A stretch of 64,000 nucleotides of DNA, taken from a virus. The notes beneath the pieces are model-generated. The model did no database searches. It was not told the origin of the DNA and saw nothing but the letters and a program-made list of their open reading frames with translations. The stretch is taken from the IMG/VR virus record IMGVR_UViG_3300025626_000004; one strand, given 5' to 3'. Every line of letters begins with the position of its first letter. The stretch's first letter is position 1. Both the position numbers and the translations under genes were made by a program. Shown here in pieces: positions 1 to 10,145 of this stretch.

Positions 1-2
1 TG

Positions 3-380
3 GAGTACAAATATCCGTGGCCGCTGCCACCTCACAAGGCATATGAAGCAACTGCTATGACTTATTCACCAGCATTGCGGTTATGGCAGAAACCTTATCC
101 ATTCCATCAGCCATGGACTGATTGGAATCTACTTAGTAGGCAAGCGAACAATGTTGCTGCAAATGCAACAGAATGGTTAGCAAAAGATGCGGTTGTTGCG
201 GATTCTGATCTTACAGTAGCATGGACACGCATTCAAACAGAAGCAATTAATAAAGTTTCAGCGTATTCTGTGGGTGGCTTTCTTCCGCATGAAGTAACAT
301 TTAGATTTACACCCGAAGATTCTGATCAGGGTGTTATTAATGATGCAATTGCCGCAGCATTAGATTCTGACGAAGGATAA
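3..380 (+). CDS. hypothetical protein, 5'-truncated (frame open from window start)
   Basis: Frame of ORF 57..380 stays open back to position 3; followed by a hairpin. Confidence 0.6.
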   Translation, partial: EYKYPWPLPPHKAYEATAMTYSPALRLWQKPYPFHQPWTDWNLLSRQANNVAANATEWLAKDAVVADSDLTVAWTRIQTEAINKVSAYSVGGFLPHEVTFRFTPEDSDQGVINDAIAAALDSDEG

Positions 381-386
381 CTACCG

Positions 387-406
387 GAGAGCCCTACGGG
401 GCTCTC
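387..406 (+). terminator. stable hairpin GAGAGCCC-TACG-GGGCTCTC (terminator/processing)
   Basis: 8-bp stem with UNCG tetraloop just after the stop codon; poor U-tract. Confidence 0.5.
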
Positions 407-477
407 TGAAAACGTTTATATATAAACGTATAATGATGATGACTATTCATTTATAATTAATTCTTGTGAGGTGCAAA

Positions 478-1440
478 ATGACAAGATCGACAGCGTTCTT
501 TGTAAACGGTGGAGCAGGCCGACATATCTGTTCAATCCCAGCATTCGAAAAATATGAAGCCGAAAATCCTGATGATGATTTTATCATTGTCTGTGAGGGC
601 GGTATGGACATGTATAAAGGTCACCCGACTTTGCATGCCCGTTCATATGATAACTGGCACAAAAATCTATTCCAAGATAAAATCAAAGATAGGAATTGTG
701 TTACTACTGAACCATATCGTGTTTGGGAATACTATAATCAAAAGGCAAATCTAGTTTCAGCCTTTGATATCCAGGTTAATGATAAAGGTTTGCGTGATCT
801 ACCAGATCCTACTCTATACTTAACTGCTGCAGAACTGATTCAAGGTCAAGATATAATCGATGAAGTTCGTGAAAAAACTAAAAAAGAAAAAGTAATTGTA
901 TTCCAACCATATGGGCGTAGTACGCAGCCTATGGGTAGTAAAGGTCAACACCTAGTTGATAGTGGTGGTAGGTCATTTGGATTAAACGATACGATTAAAT
1001 TAATAAAAAAATTACAGAAAAAATATGCAGTCGTATTATTTTCTGAATTTCAAGGTGATTGGTCTCAGCACGGTATTACTGAACCCGTTGCTCAACCAGA
1101 AGGTGCTCCATTACGTATTTGGGCATCAGCAATTAAAGCTGCAAATGGTTTCTTGGGCTGTGACAGTGTAGGACAACACTTTGCATATTCAACCAAAACT
1201 CCGGCAGTAACTGTATTAGGATCAACATATCAAGAAAATGTAAGTTACCCAGACAATGATATTTTTCAGGTGTTGGATCTTGGCCATGATCGCCGTAAAT
1301 ATGATCCTATCCGTATTTCTTTTGAAGAAGAAATTTCTATGGCACATGAAGGTATTATGATGCTATCTGAAGGCGCAATCAATGAGATTGCTAAAGAACT
1401 TGATATGGTTATTTCAAAGGGTGCTAAAAATGAAAAATGA
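478..1440 (+). CDS. GT-B glycosyltransferase, GT9 (heptosyltransferase)-like
   Basis: N-terminal GGAGR; C-terminal FLGCDSVGQH..TPAVTVLGST matches the GT9 D-S-x-x-x-H / P-x-V-x-x-G pattern. Confidence 0.6.
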   Translation: MTRSTAFFVNGGAGRHICSIPAFEKYEAENPDDDFIIVCEGGMDMYKGHPTLHARSYDNWHKNLFQDKIKDRNCVTTEPYRVWEYYNQKANLVSAFDIQVNDKGLRDLPDPTLYLTAAELIQGQDIIDEVREKTKKEKVIVFQPYGRSTQPMGSKGQHLVDSGGRSFGLNDTIKLIKKLQKKYAVVLFSEFQGDWSQHGITEPVAQPEGAPLRIWASAIKAANGFLGCDSVGQHFAYSTKTPAVTVLGSTYQENVSYPDNDIFQVLDLGHDRRKYDPIRISFEEEISMAHEGIMMLSEGAINEIAKELDMVISKGAKNEK

Positions 1441-3241
1441 TATTTGGATTGCAGGTATTGCTAGAGGGCATAATGCTGGTGTATGTCTACTAAAAAACGG
1501 TGAAATTGTATTTTCTATTGAGGAAGAACGGCTTTCTCGCAGAAAATATGACGGTGGTCCATATGCAGGAATGGTAAAAATTCTTGATTATACCGATAAG
1601 CTTGATTATTTGGTAGTAGCACACACTCAATCACTTCAGGAAACTGCTGGTAAAGTAGATTTTTCTGGCGAAGATGTGTACACCGGGCTTGCTAGAAAGC
1701 TTGGATTGATAGATCAAAACATTCAGACGCAGGCGCATCCACAAGTTATCGATATGTCTCAGCAGCACCATAAATTACATGCTGCTGTAGCATTCTATAG
1801 GTCTCCATTTGAGGAAGCAGTAGCACTTATTGCTGATGGTGCCGGTTCAATGATCCCGGTTTCAAACCCAAATACAGGGGAAGGTCTTGCGCTATGGGAA
1901 TATGAATCTATCATTACGGCGTCCTACCCCGCAAACTTTAAGACCATGTACAAACACCTGGGTTGCAGAGATCCATTAGTTGGTGCTGACGCATCATTTA
2001 GTGGTGAGCAATTTGGTGAAGAAGGCGAGTTTGAAGTTATGATTTCAGACCGTGGTGGTATCACTAAAACATATGAGGCTGTTACGCAATACTGTGGTTG
2101 GCAACCAATAGAAGCCGGCAAAACTATGGGATTATTTCCATATGGTAATGAGAACTCTGACCTAGATAATTTGTTTGATCCTCGTTCACCACATCCTGGC
2201 GTATTTGATAGAAATCTTTTTATTCCAAATGTTCCTAACGGTGCATTTGTGAATGACGGATTCTATAAATTCTTGCAAGCAAATGCAGAACAATATGAAG
2301 CCGTAGATGGAGATGTTACTAAGCTTGATTCTCGAAGAGATATGGCATATGCTATTCAAACTCAGTCTCAAGCTCAAATGGTTAAACTGATCCGAAAAGC
2401 CGTAGAGATGGGCGACACAAAGAATGTAGTGATCTCTGGTGGCTATGGTCTTAATTGTGTGGCAAACTATGCATATCTTGATGCGCTTAAAGATGAAGGG
2501 ATTAACATTTATGTAGAACCGATTTCTAATGATGCCGGTACCGCGATGGGTGCAGCCCTAATGTATTGGCATGCTCGCACTGACGACGAAACTAATAGAG
2601 ATCTTAATACTTTGTATTTGGGTCCAGATCACAATTATACTATTGATGATATTGCATTGGCCGTAACAAAGAGTGATACGGCTGTAATGAAAGATGCTAA
2701 CGATAAAGACATAGTTGATCTTATTACAAGTAAGAACATCGTAACTGTCTTCCAAGGTCGTTCTGAGAATGGACCACGGGCGCTTGGAAACAGATCTATT
2801 CTATTCGATCCTACACTTGAAGATGGTAAAGATTATGTCAACCTAGTAAAGAACCGTGAGTACTTTAGACCATTTGCTGGATCTATTCTAGCCGAAGACG
2901 TACACGAATGGTTTGATTTACGCGGAATGGATGAGACACCGCACATGATGTACGCGGTTAATTGTCAACCAGGAATAGAAGAAAAGATTCCGGCTATCAT
3001 CCACATTGACGGGACATGTCGTATTCAGACTGTTACTAAGGAACAAAATCCTTTGTACCATCGTTTGATTACTGCATTCAAAGATAAGACTGGTGTACCT
3101 ATCGTGTTTAATACCAGTTTTAACTTGGGGGGAGACCCTCTCGTAGAAACTATTGATCATGCTATCGATACTTTGGAAAAATCAGATATCGAATATCTTT
3201 ATTTACCGGAGCATGGAAAGCTTATCACAGTTTCAAATTAA
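1430..3241 (+). CDS. carbamoyltransferase, NodU/CmcH/TobZ family (full length)
   Basis: EEERLSRRK, HHKLHA, GGYGLNCVAN, DAGTAMGAA, GPRALGNRSIL, KNREYFRPFA, NTSFNLGG motifs. Confidence 0.92.
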   Translation: MKNDIWIAGIARGHNAGVCLLKNGEIVFSIEEERLSRRKYDGGPYAGMVKILDYTDKLDYLVVAHTQSLQETAGKVDFSGEDVYTGLARKLGLIDQNIQTQAHPQVIDMSQQHHKLHAAVAFYRSPFEEAVALIADGAGSMIPVSNPNTGEGLALWEYESIITASYPANFKTMYKHLGCRDPLVGADASFSGEQFGEEGEFEVMISDRGGITKTYEAVTQYCGWQPIEAGKTMGLFPYGNENSDLDNLFDPRSPHPGVFDRNLFIPNVPNGAFVNDGFYKFLQANAEQYEAVDGDVTKLDSRRDMAYAIQTQSQAQMVKLIRKAVEMGDTKNVVISGGYGLNCVANYAYLDALKDEGINIYVEPISNDAGTAMGAALMYWHARTDDETNRDLNTLYLGPDHNYTIDDIALAVTKSDTAVMKDANDKDIVDLITSKNIVTVFQGRSENGPRALGNRSILFDPTLEDGKDYVNLVKNREYFRPFAGSILAEDVHEWFDLRGMDETPHMMYAVNCQPGIEEKIPAIIHIDGTCRIQTVTKEQNPLYHRLITAFKDKTGVPIVFNTSFNLGGDPLVETIDHAIDTLEKSDIEYLYLPEHGKLITVSN

Positions 3242-3261
3242 GAGATGCACCTCTTAGAATT

Positions 3262-3293
3262 AAAGCCGGACATTAGTTTGTCCGGCTTTTTTT
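3262..3293. terminator. bidirectional intrinsic terminator
   Basis: AAAGCCGGACA-TTAGTT-TGTCCGGCTTTTTTT between convergent genes. Confidence 0.85.
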
Positions 3294-3561
3294 AAGAACC
3301 CAACCAAACATCAAAAGAACCGTCTTTGTTAAGTTCTAAGTCTTCAATAAAGACATGATGCTCATCGCCTGACTGAGCGATAAGAGAGTCAACCGCAGTT
3401 TGAACACCAATTTGATCAGCTGTAGTAAGGAATGTAGAAACTTCGGCAAATGTATATCCATTTGCATCTTCACCATTGATGAATGTATACGCTATACGAG
3501 AGTTAGCTTTAAGAGTTGCTGGAAGTTCAATGTCACACCATACTGATTTAAAGTTGTTCAT
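3292..3561 (-). CDS. hypothetical early protein
   Basis: 89-aa ORF with purine-rich RBS directly downstream of an early promoter. Confidence 0.7.
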   Translation of the reverse strand: MNNFKSVWCDIELPATLKANSRIAYTFINGEDANGYTFAEVSTFLTTADQIGVQTAVDSLIAQSGDEHHVFIEDLELNKDGSFDVWLGS

Positions 3562-3582
3562 TTTGATCTCTCTCTTGTTATC

Positions 3583-3627
3583 TTGTTTCTATAATTAGAA
3601 TAATACATTTGAGAAGTCTTGTACACA
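3583..3627 (-). repeat. early-promoter repeat copy 1 (TGTACA-N17-TATTCT)
   Basis: 45 bp identical to 35083..35127; diverged copy at 22841..22891. Confidence 0.9.
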
Positions 3628-3662
3628 GTTAATTTGCAATTAAATGCGTTTTTTTACTTTTT

Positions 3663-4307
3663 TTATAATAAAGATTCTGCAAAGTCTAATAGGTTATTAT
3701 AAACTTTAGTCTTCTTCTTAAGAGGTCTATTAGCAAAGCTATTAAACTTTTTCTCATCTTCGCTGTATTTGCCGGTTTTAACTAATATTGGTTTAAGATT
3801 AGCTTTGTCTGCCATCTTAGCATCAACCAACCTATCGCCAACATAATATCCGCCTTTGATAGGAACACGAAACTCATCGCGCAATCGTTTTAACATTGCT
3901 GTTTTTGGCTTAGCATACATATCATCTTTAGAATCAGACATGTTATAGAGCACGCCATCTATACTAGGACACCCAACATCACCGAACAACTCAATCATAT
4001 AGTTGTTCATATCTTCTACTTCATCAATAGTTAGTTCACCTCTAGAGATGCCTGGTTGGTCAAAGATGACAGCTAGCTTATATCCTTTAGCCCTAATCAT
4101 AGAGACAGCCGCAAGTGAACCTTCGATAGGGATAAACCTATCTCTAGTTTTAATTCCATCCTTACATTCAATCAAAACACCATCACGGTCGATAGCAATA
4201 AGTGGCTTAGTATATTTCTTATTCAATTGAGATCTATCTAATAGCTGATCAGGAGAACCTTGCTGAATATCAGCCGAAGATTCTTCGCCCCACATGTTAA
4301 ATGCCAT
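3663..4307 (-). CDS. gmhB: D,D-heptose 1,7-bisphosphate phosphatase (HAD IIIA)
   Basis: DRDGVL, DQPGISRG, KPKTAM, VGDRLVD motifs; heptose operon context. Confidence 0.8.
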   Translation of the reverse strand: MAFNMWGEESSADIQQGSPDQLLDRSQLNKKYTKPLIAIDRDGVLIECKDGIKTRDRFIPIEGSLAAVSMIRAKGYKLAVIFDQPGISRGELTIDEVEDMNNYMIELFGDVGCPSIDGVLYNMSDSKDDMYAKPKTAMLKRLRDEFRVPIKGGYYVGDRLVDAKMADKANLKPILVKTGKYSEDEKKFNSFANRPLKKKTKVYNNLLDFAESLL

Positions 4308-5124
4308 TAATATAATCCAATACGTTAGTCCATTTCATATCAATGTGTTTTGACAGCTGATCAATGTTTGCTTCAGTGAATGTTTGGTAACTGCCTCTAA
4401 GTTGATCTGGCATAGCAATATGATTAATAGTTACACCATATTTGGTAGCAATAGCTTCTCCAACCGCAGCAAAACTAACCGCATTACCAGTACCGACATT
4501 AAATATTCCTGATACATCTACGTCGATCATTTTTTCGTGCACTTCGCATATATCGTCAACACATACAAAATCTCTCTTATACTCAGTAGAATTTTCAAAT
4601 AACATTATAGATTCATCAGTAACAGCTTGAAGCTTAAACTTTGTAACAGGAGACGCTTGATTTCCTTTATTACCTTCGAACTTACCATAGGCATTAAAAT
4701 ATCTAAAACCTTGAATGTTAATTGGCAATGAACCCATCGCTAAGGTTTCTGCGACAAACCTATCGACAAGATATTTGCTCCATGCATAACCATTCATTGG
4801 ATGACAATCATCACCCTCTTTAAACGTTTTACTATTGCCATATACAGATGCTGATGATGCGTATTGAATGTCAATATTCATCTCAAGACATTTAACAATT
4901 AGATCAGTAGTAAATTCATAATTCATTTCCATAAGCTTTTCAGCATTGGTTTCTGTAGTGCTACTAATAGCACCGCAGTGAATTACTAAATCTATACCTT
5001 TATGCAATAGAAGTTCAGGCGTATCTCCATACTCCCAACCTTCTACATTATGACCCTTACTTTTAAAGTAAAGCCAAAGATTCTTCCCGATAAAGCCCTT
5101 GTGGCCTGTTATTAATATATTCAT
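4297..5124 (-). CDS. hldD: ADP-L-glycero-D-manno-heptose 6-epimerase
   Basis: TGHKGFIG, GAISSTT, YASSASVYG, YAWSK, RYFNAYG, YQTFTEA. Confidence 0.85.
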   Translation of the reverse strand: MNILITGHKGFIGKNLWLYFKSKGHNVEGWEYGDTPELLLHKGIDLVIHCGAISSTTETNAEKLMEMNYEFTTDLIVKCLEMNIDIQYASSASVYGNSKTFKEGDDCHPMNGYAWSKYLVDRFVAETLAMGSLPINIQGFRYFNAYGKFEGNKGNQASPVTKFKLQAVTDESIMLFENSTEYKRDFVCVDDICEVHEKMIDVDVSGIFNVGTGNAVSFAAVGEAIATKYGVTINHIAMPDQLRGSYQTFTEANIDQLSKHIDMKWTNVLDYINGI

Positions 5125-5983
5125 TGATTTCATCCATCGCTTCATTAAAATGATTTTGTTGTATAGCATATGTTCCTGAAGTGGCTACTGCTAACCCCGA
5201 CATTTTATTTGCTATAATCACGGCATCTTGAACTGGCAGATTATTATATATACCGAAAGCTAACGCAGCGGTAAAAGTATCTCCAGCACCTGTAACATCA
5301 AACACCTCTTGTGCGGTAGCCGCATAGTGTTCAATGGTATCTCCAACATATAGTACACCATCTGCACCAAGAGTGACAATGAAATGATGAATATCAAGTT
5401 CATTTCTTACTCGCTGTGCTTCTGACATTAACTGCTTAGGAGTTAATGTTTTACCTACATAGTCTTCGAATTCTTTAAGATTTGGCTTTAATATAAAAGC
5501 GCCTCTATATCTGTTTAATGAAACCTTTGGATCGACTATAGTTCTTTTCGATTTTTTAATAATTTTCTGAGGATCTTTTACAGTTCCCTTATTATAATCG
5601 GATAGTACAACTACGTCATATTGATTTGGTACAAAGAATTTATCTTGTACATCGTTATTTTCTATTCTTTTTTCTGCGTCAATTCTCGATACATAATGTG
5701 AACCAGAGAAGATGCGGAGCTTATGTGGCATGCTTTCTATTGATAATAGATTACCAGTCACAGCAATATCATCGAATATGTACTGAAAATCTTTGCTATA
5801 ATAAGCATCTAGTGTAACTTGATTGGTCATGCCACGTATATTCATATATACATTACCAGCACCACCCAATGAAATCTTTTTACTATTTAATTCTACTATT
5901 GGTACAGGGGCTTCTGGTGAGATACGTGATGTATCTCCATACCAGTACTCATCGATGATGAGATCGCCTATCACATGAATCAT
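5063..5983 (-). CDS. hldA: heptose 7-phosphate kinase (RfaE domain I, PfkB family)
   Basis: RISPEAPVP, GGAGNV, SDYNKG, VDPK, DVTGAGDTF. Confidence 0.9.
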   Translation of the reverse strand: MIHVIGDLIIDEYWYGDTSRISPEAPVPIVELNSKKISLGGAGNVYMNIRGMTNQVTLDAYYSKDFQYIFDDIAVTGNLLSIESMPHKLRIFSGSHYVSRIDAEKRIENNDVQDKFFVPNQYDVVVLSDYNKGTVKDPQKIIKKSKRTIVDPKVSLNRYRGAFILKPNLKEFEDYVGKTLTPKQLMSEAQRVRNELDIHHFIVTLGADGVLYVGDTIEHYAATAQEVFDVTGAGDTFTAALAFGIYNNLPVQDAVIIANKMSGLAVATSGTYAIQQNHFNEAMDEINEYINNRPQGLYREESLALL

Positions 5984-5985
5984 AG

Positions 5986-5993
5986 TATAAATA
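5986..5993 (+). promoter_or_regulatory. T4-type late promoter TATAAATA upstream of heme oxygenase
   Basis: Exact consensus 32 nt before the ATG at 6026. Confidence 0.7.
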
Positions 5994-6025
5994 CCAATCT
6001 ATTATATAACATTATGGAGTTATTT

Positions 6026-6625
6026 ATGTCTTTAAAACTGTTGACTGCTTCAATACATAAAGAAGCAGAAGAAATGAAGTGGTCTAAATTATTAGTTTCT
6101 GGTAATATGACAAGAAACCAATATGGTCAATATCTTTATAATCAATTGCAAATTTATTCTGCATTAGAAAATAGAGCTTTCGAATTAGGTTTTTTCAAAA
6201 AGTATCCTATTTTTTATGGTATAAGACGCACACTTGCGATGAGCGGAGATTTAGCTTATTATGAACATGATATTGGTTTAGAACCTGCTACACTAGATTA
6301 TATAGACTATATATCATATGCATCAGAAGCTGAAGTCATTGCACATATGTACGTTAGGCACTTTGGCGATATGTATGGTGGTCAGATTATTAGAAAGAAT
6401 CTACCAGAACCATATTGTGAAGCCGCAGTTAATTCCGAAACTGACGTAAAGCTATGGGAAGAATGTCCTGAAGTATATCAAAGCACATATATATTTGAAA
6501 ATCGTCCGGAGCTTATAAAAGAATTTAGAACTCTATTAGATAAGTCTATGGGCGATGATGCTATTTCATGCTTCGAATACGCTATGAGATTATTCTCAGA
6601 TTTGGAAAAACGTTTTGGTCTTTGA
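6026..6625 (+). CDS. hemO: heme oxygenase
   Basis: Proximal His (IHKEAE), IYSALE, AHMYVRHFGDMYGGQII distal helix; GGAG RBS before ATG 6026. Confidence 0.9.
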   Translation: MSLKLLTASIHKEAEEMKWSKLLVSGNMTRNQYGQYLYNQLQIYSALENRAFELGFFKKYPIFYGIRRTLAMSGDLAYYEHDIGLEPATLDYIDYISYASEAEVIAHMYVRHFGDMYGGQIIRKNLPEPYCEAAVNSETDVKLWEECPEVYQSTYIFENRPELIKEFRTLLDKSMGDDAISCFEYAMRLFSDLEKRFGL

Positions 6626-7268
6626 TAAGTTAATTGCCGCCAGCAAAAGGATGCAGAGAATATTAGAAGATAACTCTGTTAGCAACTCTCAACATCCTTT
6701 TGACTGGCCAGCAATTACTTATAAGAATCCAGGGGTATATCGTAGAGCCGACCTAGACATCATTGATGCAAGGCTCGATCGTAAGCTATGGATGATGCAT
6801 CTATGCATATATCCGAAAGTTAGCGATCCGTCACCTATTTACGGCTTCGATATAATTGCTGGTCCTAACAAAGTTACTGGTGCCTTCCATGATTTCAGTC
6901 CAGTAGCATTTGATAACCCTATATTAACACAGTTCAAAGAGAATGTAAAACCTTTTATTCCATCAAAACGCAGAGAATTACCTGAGTGGGCAAGAAATAT
7001 ATTTAGCGATTCTATGGTATCAGCCGGTAATGTTAGAGACGGACAAGAATTAGACGACATTCTAGAATTAGCCATAACTAATCTAGAATATTATCTGACT
7101 GCTATTGGTGAAGAAAGCGATAAAGATTATACAACTCAACACAATTGGTACTGTAAAAACCAAAAGAAAAATCCCCATACACCAAGGGTGATGGAGACTT
7201 TAGGCGTAGATCCTAAACGTGTTCGGGAATATATTGACGAATGTTTATTTCCTGAAATAGTTAATTGA
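6615..7268 (+). CDS. pcyX: ferredoxin-dependent bilin reductase, PcyA/PcyX type
   Basis: [43 protein letters not shown]; adjacent to heme oxygenase. Confidence 0.85.
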   Translation: MVFDKLIAASKRMQRILEDNSVSNSQHPFDWPAITYKNPGVYRRADLDIIDARLDRKLWMMHLCIYPKVSDPSPIYGFDIIAGPNKVTGAFHDFSPVAFDNPILTQFKENVKPFIPSKRRELPEWARNIFSDSMVSAGNVRDGQELDDILELAITNLEYYLTAIGEESDKDYTTQHNWYCKNQKKNPHTPRVMETLGVDPKRVREYIDECLFPEIVN

Positions 7269-8450
7269 TTCTTCTAATGCATCAACACATTCTTCTATCA
7301 TAGCATTTGTATGAAGTGGTGTTGGTGCAAATCTCAATCGCTCTTCTCCGACAGCAACCGTTGGATAGTTAATAGCCTGAACGTAAATGCCATGCTCATT
7401 TAGTAATCTATCTGATATAGCCTTTGCTAGTTCAGCATCACGTATCATAACAGGTACAATATGGGTGCAAGACTTTTCTAATACCTCTATTCCTCTTGCT
7501 ATAAATTCTTGCTTCAATGATTGTGCATTGGCTTGATGTTGGGCTCTGAGGTCAGGATGATCTTTAAGATATTTAATACTAGCCAATGCACCAGCACATA
7601 TAACTGGTGAAATACTTGTAGTAAAAATAAAACCACTTGCTTCTAACCTTATAGCATCGATAACAGTTCTATTACCAGCAATATAACCACCGGTTACACC
7701 ATAAGCTTTACCTAAAGTGCCATTTACAATATCAACTCGGTCTTCTAAACCAAGCTCATCAAGCTTGCCTGCTGCACTATCACCGTATAAACCAACACCG
7801 TGTACTTCATCGATATATGTTATGGCTTCATACTTTTCAGCTAAATCACATATAGCATCAATATCTGAAATATCTCCGTCCATACTATAAATTGATTCAA
7901 AGACAATACATGGAGTAAAGCCGGCTAGTGTAGCTTGTTCTAATTTAATATCAAGATCCATTAAATTATTATGCTCAAACTTAAAGATCTCACATCTACT
8001 ATGTCTCATACCTTGAATGAGACTTGCATGGTTTTTGCTATCACTTACCCAACATATATTCTTATTGATGCGAGACAACGCTATAAGTGACCATTCATTT
8101 GCAACAAACGCACTTGAGAACAGTAATGCAGATTCTTTTTTATGTAGTTTAGCTATTTCATGTTCTAAGGCTACATGATAGTGCGAAGTACCAGATATAT
8201 TTCTAGTGCCTCCTGAGCCCGCGCCTGTTTGATCTAGGGCTGTATGCATAGCATCAATTACAACTTTGTGTTGACCCATACCTAAATAGTCATTGCTACA
8301 CCAATTAACTATCTCTTTAATAGCGTATTTACCATACCAAATTGCTTTAGGAAACTTACCTCGTTCACGAATAATATCGTTGAACACTCGGTATTTTCCT
8401 TCTTCTTTAGCTTTGCTTATCGTGGTAGAGAATGGAGTAATATCAATCAT
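7245..8450 (-). CDS. hemA: 5-aminolevulinate synthase (Shemin/C4 pathway)
   Basis: [44 protein letters not shown] (PLP Lys), [13 protein letters not shown]. Confidence 0.95.
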   Translation of the reverse strand: MIDITPFSTTISKAKEEGKYRVFNDIIRERGKFPKAIWYGKYAIKEIVNWCSNDYLGMGQHKVVIDAMHTALDQTGAGSGGTRNISGTSHYHVALEHEIAKLHKKESALLFSSAFVANEWSLIALSRINKNICWVSDSKNHASLIQGMRHSRCEIFKFEHNNLMDLDIKLEQATLAGFTPCIVFESIYSMDGDISDIDAICDLAEKYEAITYIDEVHGVGLYGDSAAGKLDELGLEDRVDIVNGTLGKAYGVTGGYIAGNRTVIDAIRLEASGFIFTTSISPVICAGALASIKYLKDHPDLRAQHQANAQSLKQEFIARGIEVLEKSCTHIVPVMIRDAELAKAISDRLLNEHGIYVQAINYPTVAVGEERLRFAPTPLHTNAMIEECVDALEESINYFRK

Positions 8451-9325
8451 CTATTTAAATACGCTAATACCGCAGTTTCTGCAGATCCGGCGTCTCCTGG
8501 ATTTTCTGGAATATATGCATTATATTCTTCGTGTAATATTTTTTGTAAACCCTTATTAAATGCACATCCACCTGTAACAATTAATCGTGGTCTGTCGTAT
8601 TTGCTTATTGCGTATTCTATTAAATTACGACACAAATTTTCAAATACAACTTGGGTTGAACCGGCAATTTCTTTTTTGTCATAAGATGGTTTCCAATTAC
8701 CTATGCCTCTATGCATATTAATTTTAAATAATGGCTCTGAGCATTCTTTGAACACTAAATCCTTATATATGCTATCTATCACTAAATCGGTGGCATATCC
8801 CTTGCCGAACTTTTCTAATTTACTTTCATCGACTGACGGTTTAAATCCACATCTTTGAGTCATAGAAGAATAAAATAGACCTAGGCTATTAGGATATTTA
8901 ACTGATTTTCTTTGTGTAAGCTTACCATTCTCAGTTGTCCATATAGACGTACAACTAAATTCACCGACTGCATCTATGACAACTATTACGCTAGGAGTTT
9001 TATCAGTCTTATAGTAATGAGCTGCGTGAGATTCGTGATGCCATACAGTTCTATATTTACAGGTTATTCCTAGCCCCCGCAAATACTTGCGGATATTATT
9101 ACGCTTAAATGGTTTAGGCTGACCAACTAACCATTGGCGTATTGCCTTAGCCCAAGGTTTTTCGTACCATACAACTAAGTCTGGTTTGCCATACTTAAAA
9201 GCTTTATCTATTAAACTTTGGCTATGTATGTTTTCAGTTGAATAGTATGTCTTAACACATGTGCTATCTTTAAAAATTGAAATTGTGGCATCATGGCAAC
9301 CTCCTACCATACCCCATATTATCAT
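8447..9325 (-). CDS. stand-alone carbamoyltransferase N-terminal (Kae1-like) domain
   Basis: [35 protein letters not shown]; no YrdC-like C-terminal domain. Confidence 0.75.
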   Translation of the reverse strand: MIIWGMVGGCHDATISIFKDSTCVKTYYSTENIHSQSLIDKAFKYGKPDLVVWYEKPWAKAIRQWLVGQPKPFKRNNIRKYLRGLGITCKYRTVWHHESHAAHYYKTDKTPSVIVVIDAVGEFSCTSIWTTENGKLTQRKSVKYPNSLGLFYSSMTQRCGFKPSVDESKLEKFGKGYATDLVIDSIYKDLVFKECSEPLFKINMHRGIGNWKPSYDKKEIAGSTQVVFENLCRNLIEYAISKYDRPRLIVTGGCAFNKGLQKILHEEYNAYIPENPGDAGSAETAVLAYLNR

Positions 9326-9681
9326 TTTTGGCTGTCGCCTTTAGCAACTCTATAGTTATCTTCAACTGAGTCTGGCGAGGACACTTCAATTATAGTACCT
9401 TCTTCGATACAAAATAACTGATGCGGAACAAGTGGCTCAATTCTAAGTGAATCTCCGGCTTTTAATCTTTGTTTTTTAACAGATGCATCAATAGTGTTTA
9501 TAGTTAAAACGTCAAATATGCCTTCAAACACTAACCAAGTCTCATCCTTTATTGCATGAAAATGCATAGAGAATTTAGCACCCTTATTAAAATTTAAAAG
9601 CTTACCACAATACTTATCGTTAGTAGCAAAAATAAGTTCGTGGCCCCATCCTTTTTCTACCATTCCTTCAAGCCGTGCCAT
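9322..9681 (-). CDS. cupin protein (sugar-phosphate isomerase-like)
   Basis: KGWGHE, SMHFHAIKDETW, PLVPHQ cupin motifs; ATG at 9681. Confidence 0.75.
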   Translation of the reverse strand: MARLEGMVEKGWGHELIFATNDKYCGKLLNFNKGAKFSMHFHAIKDETWLVFEGIFDVLTINTIDASVKKQRLKAGDSLRIEPLVPHQLFCIEEGTIIEVSSPDSVEDNYRVAKGDSQK

Positions 9682-10069
9682 CACAAATCCTTTTAATAAT
9701 ATTAGTAGTAGAATAACCATCACGTAATTTCAGTGAGACAGTTAGTTTTGCTATGTCTCTTCCTACAATTTGGTCAATTTGGTAATCACCACCCTTAGTA
9801 AGTACGTCTGGTTTTAATTGTTTAATTAGTTCATACGGCGTGTCTTCGTAGAATATGTATACATGATCTACAAACCGCAATGATTGTAACATATATCTTC
9901 TATCTTCTTCATTATTAATTGGCCTTGAATTACCTTTAAGTCTTCGCACAGATTCATCGGAATTTATGCCAACTATTAGTCTATCACCTAGATTTCTTGA
10001 TCTTTCTAGATAATCTAGGTGGCCTCGATGCAAAATATCAAAGCATCCGTTTGTAAATACTGTTTTCAT
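9668..10069 (-). CDS. hldC: heptose 1-phosphate adenylyltransferase (RfaE domain II)
   Basis: FTNGCFDILHRGH, NSDESVRRLKG..RPIN, KGGDY, STTNII. Confidence 0.9.
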   Translation of the reverse strand: MKTVFTNGCFDILHRGHLDYLERSRNLGDRLIVGINSDESVRRLKGNSRPINNEEDRRYMLQSLRFVDHVYIFYEDTPYELIKQLKPDVLTKGGDYQIDQIVGRDIAKLTVSLKLRDGYSTTNIIKRICDGTA

Positions 10070-10074
10070 AGTTG

Positions 10075-10103
10075 ATTATACCACATTTTAGCATTGTTGT
10101 AAA
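10075..10103 (-). promoter_or_regulatory. early promoter (TTTACA-N17-TATAAT) driving the hldC operon; probably a leaderless mRNA
   Basis: Minus strand GTTTACA acaatgctaaaatgtgg TATAAT, ending 6 nt before the hldC ATG. Confidence 0.75.
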
Positions 10104-10105
10104 CG

Positions 10106-10113
10106 TATAAATA
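10106..10113 (+). promoter_or_regulatory. late promoter TATAAATA (gp13 operon)
   Basis: Exact consensus before gp13. Confidence 0.85.
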
Positions 10114-10145
10114 GATGTAACACTGAAGAATTGAGGATATAAAAC

